DNA from: Octopus sinensis
Taxonomy: Eukaryota
NCBI RefSeq assembly: GCF_006345805.1
Contig: NW_021833572.1
Span: forward strand, 1 to 27,414
Length of the DNA stretch: 27,414 bases
Reading direction: 5' to 3'
Shown here: positions 1 to 10,326 of the stretch, in pieces
Layout of the letters: each line of letters begins with the position of its first letter
How positions within the stretch are numbered: the first letter of the stretch is position 1
Notes under the pieces: model-generated
The model's database searches: none
Seen by the model: the letters and a program-made list of their open reading frames with translations, nothing else
Told to the model about the DNA's origin: nothing
Program-made: the position numbers and the translations under genes

Positions 1-443
1 CCAAAACTAAATCTAATCAAATTAAAAAGCTATTTTTGTCCATTTTCGCAAGTTTCTTGATGATTCTCGACCCAACCCTTTTGAAAGAAACTACAAGTAA
101 ACATTCAGACAAATATATATAAATTAGATATTCTAATAATGGCATTGAAAGGGATCTCCAGCGCCGCAACCTACCTTTTGGATGGTCTGAGTAATATACA
201 GGATTTAAGTTTTTTGTTAACCAAAAAAATCAAAATTTGAATGCATTGGAGACATTTTCGTCTAAAATGACCTTACTGACTATTGAAATTCAGAATTGTT
301 ATAAACGCACTTATTGTAGAACCATAATAATTATAGTCCCACCTCTGCAACATCCAAACTAGTAACGAGTCTCCTCCATTTTCCTCGGTTACGATTTTTT
401 TAGTTGTTTCGTGAAAGCTAGAGTTATAATCAAAGAAAATGTC

Positions 444-494
444 TGTCTTAATTTTTTCTAAGCGTTATTTTAAAAGTATTTTTAATGATTTTCG
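444..494 (+). repeat. 51-bp dispersed direct repeat (second copy 4874-4924)
   Basis: tgtcttaattttttctaag..ttattttaaa.gtatttttaatgattttcg, 48/51 identical. Confidence 0.8.
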
Positions 495-964
495 ACTCTC
501 TAGCAATATTTTTAACTAACAAATATAGATAGAAAACTCTCTGACAAAATAAACATTTTGATTAAGAAGCTTGTCGAATAGACGATCTTGTTTAAAGTGA
601 TCCATATTATGTTCTGACTGACAATGTTTAACAATAGGTAACCTAAATATGTTTGAGCTTTAGCTCATATTCTTCGACCGCAAAGTTCAGTATCTTCCTG
701 GAGGATGTAAGTTTTTCCGTTTTGAAACCAAATCAGATTCGAGATATTTTCAATCTGTATCTTTTTTTCTTATCAATATTTTTAAAAGATAGAGAATCAT
801 TAATTTGTTGTATTTCATGAAAATAAAGCTTCATTATAACAATGCCGTAATGCATAATAATTTTTTATTAGACATAATATTATCCATTAACTTAAAATAA
901 TTTGATCTTTATCTATTTCATAAAAAGTAATCAGTCCATTGAACGCCGTGATCTATTGAATGAA

Positions 965-976
965 AGGTGACATTCT
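965..976 (+). repeat. Target-site duplication, left copy (right copy 4265-4276)
   Basis: Exact 12-bp direct repeat aggtgacattct abutting the tail and the 5' end of the element. Confidence 0.9.
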
Positions 977-994
977 TTATTTATTTATTTACCC

Positions 995-1021
995 CCGGCC
1001 CCTTCAATTGAAGGAAGCCGG
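995..1021 (-). other. 3'-terminal stem-loop of the Vingi-like element
   Basis: CCGGC-UU-CCUUC-AAUU-GAAGG-G-GCCGG, containing the perfect 14-bp palindrome ccttcaattgaagg (1001-1014), 4 nt before the tail. Confidence 0.7.
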
Positions 1022-4000
1022 TGGCTAACAAGAACGTTAGGGCCAATGTCGGACGCTCCCAAAGATCCCCGATCGTGATCCGGTGTTCCGAGGAAGTAGA
1101 AGGCGGGCCTGGACAGGAGAAAAGGTCGTTGAGGAATAGGAAGGGGTTATTTCACCAAGACCGATTTTTATGCGATAATCGTGTAGGCCAGTATGGTGGC
1201 CACAGCGGAGACGAGCCAAGTTCACTCGGGCTTCTCTTGAGAGGGAGGATTCGATCTTATTAATTGGCGGCGGAAGGCGTCCCAGAAGCTTGTTTATTCC
1301 AAGACATCTGATTGCCCTCGTAGCCACCAGGTCGTGAATCCCCTTCTGGTTAATGTCCGGAGGGGATCGTATAAGCTTGCGGACTTTGTCCGCGAGGGTC
1401 GGAACTATTCTCCTGTTGTTAGTGGAGTGCCAGAGGAAGTAGCCAGGGTGATTTAGGGTTCGGCATTTGTCAAGAAATTGCAGCCCGAGCATTTCAAAAT
1501 GGTCACTGATTGGAAGGATTTTCGATTCCCAATGTAGGTGGTCGGTAGGTGTCGTTTTTAGACAGCCGGTAATAATTCGTAATGCTGAGTTTTGAGTTCT
1601 CTGAAGTTTTTCAAGGTTTGTATTAGATAAGCAGGAACCCCAAGCAGGGATGGCGTAGTTCATAGTTGTTCTAATAAACTGCTTGTATACAGTTGTTAGA
1701 CTTTCCTTATCCTGCCCAAATGAAGTCCCCGCAATAGCTCGGAGCACATTGAGTTTTTTCTGGGATTTTCCACAGATATATGAAACATGTTTCGAGAAGG
1801 ACAAACAGCAATCAAATATCAGACCCAAGATTTTGGGGGATTTTTCAACTGGGAGTGGGGGTGTTGTCTAGGAATAGTTTAGGCTCTAAGTTGAACTGAC
1901 GGCGGTCAGTTGTGAATAGCGTAACAGATGATTTGGAAGGAGAAGGTTGAAGAAGATTGCATTTCAGCCAGGACGAAAGAGTGTCATGTGTTCCTGCAGA
2001 AATCCAGAAGCGGTGATTATGTTTTGGTGGCGGGAGGCAAAAATTAAGTCATCAGCGTAGGAGAGAAGTAGAGTATTATTGTTCGTCGGGATATTTGACA
2101 GATGTAAGTTAAATAAGGCAGGTGAAAGGACCGAGCCTGGGGAACTCCGTTAGGCAAGTATTTGTAGCGTGAGTAAGAAGACATGATTGTGGTGCGACCA
2201 AGACGCCCAGAGAGAAAAGAGAGTAGCCATGACTTTATTTGGTGGGGGAATTCCGTATCGGTTATTTTCCTACACAGAACGTGTCTTGACGTTCTGTCAA
2301 ATGCCTTTTCAATGTCGATGGATGCAATAATTGTTCTTTGAGGTGGCTTATGATTGTTAAACCCATCCGCAATGAATTGTGTCAGTTTTGAAAGATGGGT
2401 GGAAGTGGAATGCAAAGAACGAAAGCCATGTTGAGATTCAGCAAATGGGAGGAAAGGTTTTATGATGCTCAATACAACTCGCTCTGTTATTTTTGAAACC
2501 ACTGAGATCAAAGAGATAGGTCGAAAAGAGGAGGGGTCAGAGGTATCACGATTTGGCTTTGGGATAGGGATGATGGTAGATTTCTTCCAAAGCATAGGAA
2601 CCAGACCATGGTTGATCGAGTATTCGATTAAATTGGTCAGAGCCAGAAAGCCATTAGGACCCAGATTTTTTAGGTGGTGGATGGCAAGGCCATCAGGACC
2701 TCTGGCGTTAGAATTCCGCGAGTTAACAACAAGTTGCCTGGTAAGTGATTCTGGGATGTTAATATAGTCAGTAGAATTGTCATTTGACTTATAATGTGAT
2801 TTTCTTACGAAACGGAGATCCTTTGGGGTAGGAAGGTGACTGATTTTTGCATAATGGCGAATTAAGATGTTGGCTTGATCCTGGAAAGATAGGACAGATT
2901 TTTTGGTCGAGATACCGGTGGCATGTGAGAGGGGACATGTTTGCCTCGTGTGAATTTTCTTGAGGGTTCTCCAGAAAGCACGGGATCCAGTATTTGGGGT
3001 TATTGAAGTGATAAAATCATTCCATTCGTCAGTTTTATGTTTCTTGATTAATTCGTCAATTTGTTGTTGATTTCTGCTAGAGATTCTCCATTTCCATTGA
3101 TAGAAGTCGTCGATTTGATCCCCCTTCGTTTTTTGAATAGTTCAATGATAGGTGGGGGGAAGTGGAGGCCGTGATTTCGGATGAAGCCGCGGGGATAAAT
3201 TTTTTGTCCGCAGAAAGAAGTGTACTAGTAAAGAAAGCAACGGCAGCGTCAAATGATTGAATGGAGGAGCAAGAAAAATTACTGAATATACGTTCAGTTT
3301 CACTCCTGAACGAGTCCCATTTCCCACGTTTGTAGTTAATGTAGGTCTTCGTAATTCTCTTCTTTACAGGGTGATGGTTTATTTTGATTAGAATAGGATT
3401 GTGGTCCGTTGGTAGGTCGTACAGAACTGTCCATTTGGCGTCGAGGGCGATGTTTGGGGAACAAAAGGTAATGTCAGGAGAAGTGTTTGAATCTCCAGGT
3501 CGCATTGCACAGCGGGTGTGTAGAAGAGGGTTGTTTAGAGTGATCAATTCTTCCGCATCCGTTGTGATTTGCTGGCCACGTTTGTCAGTTTTGTTTGTGG
3601 ATAACCAGAGAGGATGGTGGGCGTTGAAGTCGCCACATAGAATACAGTTTTCAATTGAAAAAAGAGGCAGTAAGTTCGGTGTATAATTGGGAGCACATGA
3701 CGAAATCGGGGGGATATATGTGTTAACAACAGAGTAACATATCTTTTTAATGTTAATTTGAATAGATGAAATTTCGGTAAATCGATCATTAGTTAAGAGA
3801 GATTCAATGTTGGCAGTTGAGTCTGCAAAGGGAATGGCCTCGTGAATGAGAGTAATGAGACCACCGCCAGGCTTTCCAGACTGGCGGTCACGACGAATGG
3901 TGGAATATCCCTAAAACGGGGGGTTTGGGATTTTGGAGTAAGTTTGGTCTCTTGAATAAGAGCTATATCAATAGAGTTCGTGTGTAGAAAGTAGCGTAGG

Positions 4001-4065
4001 TCATTGCATTTCTTGGAAATCCCGTTGATGTTCAATTGAAGGATGGTTAGTGTTCTAATAGGCTC

Positions 4066-4128
4066 AGGTCCAGGGTTTTGTTCCACATCTCCACACCGAA
4101 TCAACAATAGAGTCAGGGAACGTAAGCT
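4066..4128 (-). other. 2A-like (StopGo) peptide SLRSLTLLLIRCGDVEQNPG|P
   Basis: Exact D(V/I)ExNPGP consensus at 4066-4089 after a Leu-rich helix, directly upstream of the APE domain. Confidence 0.88.
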
Positions 4129-4193
4129 TGGCGCTCGTCCCGTAGCCACTACCAACCAAACCGTTGACAGGTTGGTTGGCAAGGGGGAAAAGT

Positions 4194-4264
4194 TGGTTCT
4201 GTTTGTTGCTGATGTGAAATCAGCATCCAATCGTCTCCACGAGAAGGTGAACCACATGACGATC
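4194..4264 (-). ncRNA. Putative HDV-like self-cleaving ribozyme at the element 5' end
   Basis: P1 GAUCGUC/GACGAUU (G1-U wobble); P2 UGGUUC/GAACCA; P3 (A)CC/GG(A); L3 UUCUCGU; P1.1 GG; P4 UGCUGAU-UUCAC-AUCAGCA; J4/2 A-C-AAACA. G1 is exactly the TSD-defined 5' nucleotide. Deviations: A-A at the base of P3 and a J4/2 2 nt longer than canonical. Confidence 0.72.
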
Positions 4265-4267
4265 AGG

Positions 4268-4327
4268 TGACATTCTATGAGATAAATAAATACGAAATGA
4301 CATTCTATGAGATAAATAAATACGAAA
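4268..4327 (+). repeat. 30-bp perfect tandem duplication
   Basis: tgacattctatgagataaataaatacgaaa x2, overlapping the right TSD copy. Confidence 0.95.
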
Positions 4328-5274
4328 TGGTGGTAAAGTGGAAAGAAGACTATAAGGGTAAGAAGATTAATTAATTGACTACTTAATTTTTCTTGTTTTG
4401 GAAAATGTATTATTTAATTAAATCTAACGAGTCATATTTTTATGCTTTGTTGTGCTTCGTTTAAAATAGTGTTTTAATTAAAACGAATATGTAATGCACA
4501 TACAGAGGCTACACGTGAAGTCGTTATAGCTCTACGACTGTGCACACATTCTTTACTGACACATTTTAATGCTATGATGTGCCAACAGGTCATGAGAGTT
4601 ATCAGATTGTACTTTAACCGCATTACCTAGTTGACTAGAGGTATCCTCATTAAAAATAGGGTAGGCTTCCACAAATGGTGTCTAGAAAGGTGAGGATCCT
4701 TTATTTCAGTTTAAAAATGGCAAATTAAAGTACTATACTATGAGTGTTGCTATGAAATTTGAATGACTTATTTGTTTAAAAATAATGAATAAACGGATGA
4801 CAAGTATAGTATGATAATTTAACTAATGTTCCCACAAGGTGCTCATTTTAATCAATTCTATCCATATAAAATATGTCTTAATTTTTTCTAAGTCTTATTT
4901 TAAAGGTATTTTTAATGATTTTCGTGACTTGTGAAAAATTAGACAGAACAAAACCAAACTAACCTTAAATTTTTTATTACTTTTAGAGGTTTTCCAATTA
5001 GAATAATCATTTTTAAATTAGAAAAATCACTTCTTTAAAAAAACTACAAATTTAAAATGAAGTAATTAGACTTTCCGAGTCAACCGTAATCTTAGGGTTG
5101 TTTTTCACATTCTTGGTAGTTCAGTTGGATTGGTAATGCGAAACGAATTCGACATCCAAATCCACAAAAGATAAGGGCACTTCTTGTTTAAATTTTCAAT
5201 GAGAAATTGATACAAACAAGTTTTCATTTCAAAGTAGTATTTATCATCCGCAGAACGCAAAACACGTATTTATA

Positions 5275-6212
5275 TTTTTTTTTAACATACCAACAATTTT
5301 GTCAATAAAACATAATAATTTATAACTAAATTAATCCAGCCGAACGGATTGCTTGCGCGTTCCCGCGCACGATTGCGAGCGAGATTCTCTGCCTCAACCA
5401 AGAGGACTCGCGAGCATCCATCTTCTTCCGAGCGATGAGGATACCGAGGTCTTTTAAGAAGCATGAGGTCAGCGGACCGGAAGCGCCTGATGTCTCAAAA
5501 GCCACAGGCACGAAGGAATGTCGAGTGGCAAGATTCTTGTATTTTTCTACTTTGCGGGCTTCCGCCAGGGCCGCGACCGAGCCGGAAGAAGAAGCAGATG
5601 ACAGTAGAGCGGATGGGGACCACGTGTCTGCGCACGTGGCGTCCCAGATCAGGCAATTGCCATTCCGGAATGGAAGGTGGTCATCCCGTCCGGGCGTTTG
5701 CCGTCCCCTCTGTCCAATCCGGTTGGTTCAAGCACGTTGGGGAAGCCAGCAGCGTTGAGAGCTCTTGAGATTACGTTGTTGATTGCTCCATGGCGAGGCG
5801 AGCGGCCTGCGCTCCGGCGGCAGGAGAGGGGGTGAAGGCCTTTCACGTCGACCGTACCTCCGCATCGACAGGGATGAGGGGCGCAGACATCGAGCCCCAG
5901 CCGAAGAGCGACCCCGATACGTAGTGTTTCGTTGTCTAATAGGGAACCCGTCGATGACGTTGGGTAAGCGTCGAGCCAGGATCCACTATGCTCGTGTGCT
6001 GCAGAAAGCAGGCAGGCTTGGCGGTGTTTTTTCAAGGCCGGTTGAAGCGTGGAGAACGAGTGTGCTGCCCATATTTCATCCCATTCCCGTTGCACGGACA
6101 TGTCGGACGCGAGGTGTAGTTTAGCGTCAGTCCAGAATTCCAGGAGGTCGGCAGTCGGCAACTCCAGAGAGAGTTCGTTGAAGGGGAGTAGAACCTCTCG
6201 GACAAGTTGCCG
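5275..6212 (-). mobile_element. 5'-truncated CRE-like (RLE-type) non-LTR retrotransposon, copy 1
   Basis: CCHC knuckle CRCGGTVDVKGLHPLSC, RH, GKRPDG, WDATC, FVPVAFETSG, QRISLAIVRGNA. One -1 frameshift near 5665. Poly(A) 5275-5283; TSD gtatttatatt at 5266-5276 and 6213-6223. Confidence 0.9.
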
Positions 6213-8039
6213 GTATTTATATTGTTCGCGGAGATGTAAATTACGGCAATTTTTGTAAATTTAGTCTTTTTATATTAAAACGGCGTCAATTCCGGTTTGT
6301 TTTAAGTGTTAATTCGTAATTATTAAATATACATGAATTTACACATGCTCTCTGTGGTAATGAGTTTGTTTTCCTATCCACCCAAATCTATTTAGCTGTT
6401 TTGGACACGTAAAAATTTTAAATAGGCCTGTCGCAAGATGTAAACGACATGTTGACATCTCGCTCAGGCCGGCCACACTTTTTTTGATGTAAAGATTAAT
6501 ACAGAAAGAGAACATGTTAGTTTCTTTTTATTAATAAAGGCACAGGCTGAATTTTATTGAGTCCTCTATGAGCTTCCTCATGGCGTTAAGATTAACCTAA
6601 CATTGTAATTCATTTTATTTTGATCATTGACTTTTCAATTTTTTTTACCTCAGTCGCATCAGAAAACAAATCAACATCTCCAGAATATTTACCAATGTGG
6701 TGGACTCAGAAAAGAATATTTCTATAAAGATCCGATGTTAAGAGACGGAAATACAGAGAAATGATAGGTTTCTTTATGGGTAATACATTTTATGAATTGG
6801 CCTCCCCGTCATAATGGATGCAGTTTAAAAGTTACAATATTAACATAAGTACAATTCTTTTACATCTCAAATTGGATTTTTTTGAGAGTTTTTTGATTAA
6901 GAAAAATCTTTTTTAATTAAAATTAATGGATTATCAACGGACACTCCGAAACAAATAAATATTGTTACCTAGGACATATTATAGGATCTCAAACTGCTAT
7001 AAGAGCTTCATTGTATTAAATTGATAAGACTACTTGAAATAGGGTCCATTTCATCTCAAGCAGGCGAAAAAGCGGACAAGACCGCATCCATTTCTTCCTA
7101 GCATTAAAGAAAAAAAGATGCCGTCTTGGAGTCAGACTAAGTCACAATTCACGTACAAATTATCAAAAAACAGTTTTAAAATTTGCAAAACATTGCAACC
7201 TCCGAATTGACCAAAACAAAGTCAAACAAATTTCAAATTAACCAATCAAAAAAAGATCGAGAAAATTTTAGACGAGGACTCGTAAAGTCCTATAATGTTT
7301 TCCTTGTACAACAAATATTAGGAAAAATGAAATAAAAAACCAAGAAAACATATCTTTCAGAGAAATTGATACATTGGTTAGTCTGAATTGCACAACTTAA
7401 GAAAGACTACTACTAAATAAACAACGGGATCGACACTCAGCACGTCGCATCACTAGAGAGATAAGTCCTGGACAGCGACTTTAATTCTGAGGTTTATTGG
7501 CACAGAAGGACTTAATAGACCAATCGAACTAAACTTCTGTCTCCAGAACATCGAGTGCGTCAAGGACACATTGCTCAAAAAGTATTGCAGGTCATTCTAC
7601 CAGGTGGCTCTTTCAAGTTCAGAACGTGTTTCTCGAAGGAAATAAAAAAGCCAGCTTCCTTCGGTCAAGACAAAAGCAAGATTTAGTTCATTTTTTAACT
7701 TGACTGCCATGCTAATGAGAAATCTCCTCCAAGAAATGCTAATCCAGAGTTTGGAGAGTTATTCAAAGATGATATTGACTCCCGAAATAGACAGCAGTTT
7801 TTAGGAGTCGGGCTTAGAACGGTTTTGCATTGTAATCAGACTCGTAGGATGACAAAATATCATTCGAGCCCAGTCACAAAAATTCAAAGACACGATCCTG
7901 CAAGTCGTGAAACTCATCATTATAGAAATCGTGAATCTAAAACCATCAACACGCGAAAAATTTTATATGAAAAATTCGAAATTTTATATAACCATGAACA
8001 TATTATATAATATGGAACATTTGACTGTCATACAACAAA

Positions 8040-8460
8040 ATTTTTAATCGACAAAATAATAACCTCTTGCATCACTATTTCTTTAAGTGGTGCAACAATT
8101 TTCAATGGATCGTGCAGATCCCTCCAGCTCTGGGGTTAGTTTAGATTTTAAATACAAACCATGCACCAATTTAATGGCATATATTCTCCAAAAATTCAAC
8201 GTGTTTCCTTCCTTCACAGGTTTTAACCATCTTTAAAATCAATGATCAGAAAAGGCTCTATGAATTTACCGAAATCATATAAGAACTTTTAACATTGCAA
8301 TAGCATTGTTCTTTCTGTTGATTATATTAGTCTTAACTGATCTATACATCCACAATTATTCCTAAATATGTTAGATTTTCCACGGATTTGTAACTCCGTG
8401 TTAATATAAAGATCAGGTTTCCTTTTGTTCTTGCCAATCCAGCAAACAGTACTTTTTTCA
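8040..8460 (-). pseudogene. Degenerate LINE RT thumb-region remnant
   Basis: Frameshifted KSTVCWIG...LYIN...VENLTYLGIIVD resembles the KT..M / V...YLG..D thumb motif. Boundaries are approximate. Confidence 0.35.
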
Positions 8461-8540
8461 AAATATAACGAAAAGTTTTTATTCTCATACAATTTGGCAA
8501 TTTTTTTAGTTAGTTAGTTACCCGACCTCTCTAGCTTGTA

Positions 8541-9805
8541 GGAGGCCGGCTGTCCTCAGCAGCGAGTGGTGGGCGCTTCCATAAGTCCATAATGCCCACC
8601 GGAGGCCCCTGGACGCTGTGTTTCTCACGGCGACTAAAAGACCCTCTATACTCTCCCCATTGGATCCCTTGGATCTTCTGGCTGTCCTCGAAGTGGCACT
8701 CAGCCTCTTCCATGAGTCACTTTCCCTCTCCATGGATTTTGAACCCAATCCGGGACCTTCGAACTGCCTCATCATTCTACAAATAAACATTAATGGGATC
8801 TCCCGTAAACAAGATGAGATAATGGAATTCTTACCCTCTCATGATGTGGACATTGCCTTAATACAGGAAACCCGCCTGATATCGACACGTCCTACCCCTC
8901 GATTCAAGGGATTTTCAACTGTCCATATGGACCGCCCTAACGGACTGAATGGAGGAGGTTTCATCACTCTCATCCGTGACAACATTCCCTTCACTAACAC
9001 TACCAATTCCATACGTTCCGCATTTTTTCCCGACGCCCACTTGGAGTTCCTCACAGTACTAATAACAATCAATAATGTTGCCTACACAATCGTCAACCTG
9101 TATATTCCTCATCCTACAAGTTGTTCGAAAGGCTACATTCCAGACCTCTCCTGGATCTTGCCATTAAAGAACACAATTGTGTGTGAAGACTTCAATGCCA
9201 AAAACCCATCATGGTTTGGTGAAGGGAAACTAGATCAACGGGGGGAGTATGTCTCCGCGGAGCTCGACCACCTTGTTGCCCTAAACGACCCACACCAGCC
9301 ACACGTTACTGCCTTGCGAACTGGCTTTCGGACATTCTGGTCGGTTGCTTACGACCTTCCTTCTGACCACAACCCCGTACTTTTGGAGATCAAAAAATAC
9401 TTCTAAAGTTCTATAACCAAAAGGATATTTTTCACTACAAACACGGTCTGTGGTCGAAATTCCAGTATCTCTCAAACTTCTCAGTCCTAAATTTTAAATC
9501 GATCGATTACGCAATAAAACACTTCAGCAATTGCATAATCTCTGCAGACCGAAAACACATTCCCAAAGGATTCATCCGTGGGGCAAAACCACTTTTTACA
9601 AAGGAGATCATTGACCTCATAAAAGAGAGACGTGCAATAAAGAGGAATGGCGTCCGGGACTCCAACTCGGGCTCCAGATTATCAAGTATTAACGGGATAA
9701 TCACTGACCATATTCTACAAAACAAAAGAGCCAGGTAAAAAAAGTTGTATCTAGATTGGATCATCCCACCATGCCAACTGAATTTTGGAACGCATTGAAT
9801 CTATT
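8541..9805 (+). mobile_element. Vingi-like element 2 (leader, 2A variant, APE, linker; truncated before RT)
   Basis: ORF 8618-9406 with DFEPNPGP (8735-8758), LQINING, IQETR, EDFNAKNP, DLPSDHNP. Downstream SADRKHIPKGFIR matches SADKKFIPRGFIR of element 1. The 5' boundary is uncertain (8541 or ~8601). Confidence 0.82.
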
Positions 9806-9809
9806 TGTT

Positions 9810-10289
9810 TGAAATAGATTTGGGCCAAAAGTTGGTTATAATATGCAGCATCTCGATCGTGGTGACGGGAAAAGGCCGGACGGCTCTACGTTGTTCTCGT
9901 TTATTCTGGGAGACCTTTGGTCTGGGATTCCACTTGTGTGGATACCTTCTCAAGTCTTTCATCAACGAATCGGCCTCTCTTGCTGGGTCTCGTGCTAATA
10001 AGGCTGAGCTTTCGAAGTGCCGGAAATATCAGTCTTTGATGGATGACTTTTGGTTTTGGCCAATCGTTGTCGAGACTTCCGGCGTCTTTGGCTCCGGGAC
10101 CCTCACTTCCCTAAAGAAACTGGGACATCTTTGTTCTTCGCGGTCCAAGGACCCTAGGGAATTTACTTTCCTCATTCAGAGGATCCTGCTGGCTGTCATG
10201 CGTGGCAACAGCTGTTCCCTCCGTCTCGCTGGGAGAATTTATTAGTTTGTTGACTTTACTTAGTAGTTTATTACAAGAAGATTAATTCC

Positions 10290-10326
<37 letters not shown>

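Larger units (their letters stand above)
981..4257 (-). pseudogene. APE-RT polyprotein ORF of the Vingi-like element (~1090 aa if reconstructed), frameshifted
   Basis: Manual translation joins the ORF-track pieces through single-base deletions near 3910, 3191, 3060, 2136 and 1979, plus a lesion at the zinc knuckle near 1140. No in-frame nonsense codon was found. The stop TAA (981-983) lies in the tail. Confidence 0.85.
977..4264 (-). mobile_element. Apparently full-length Vingi/Ingi-like non-LTR retrotransposon (3288 bp, single ORF: leader-2A-APE-RT, no RNase H)
   Basis: 12-bp TSD aggtgacattct at 965-976 and 4265-4276; (AAAT)n tail at 977-990. APE motifs LQLNING, IQETK, GDFNAHH, SPDIT, DHNPI. 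RT motifs FRPISL, QHGFR, DIEKAFD, GVPQG, YADD. C-terminus LARLRCG...LFSCP...DLWERP resembles Vingi. No RNase H is recognisable. Confidence 0.92.

Noticed and set aside
1021-6258. Plus-strand ORFs antisense to element 1 and CRE copy 1
   Set aside because: Shadow frames of GC-richer TE coding sequence with no recognisable motifs.
6600-8010. Possible coding remnants (YLGHIIGS near 6970; ORF 7825-8010)
   Set aside because: Fragments are too short and stop-ridden to assign; probably old TE debris.
8500-8600. Minus-strand GSAHHSLLRTAGLL...* followed by (TAAC)3 and A7 as a seventh CRE 3' end
   Set aside because: Only weak similarity to RGNAxxIRSAG and no upstream RLE motifs. It remains an alternative explanation for 8541-8600, which would make the P1 match there coincidental.
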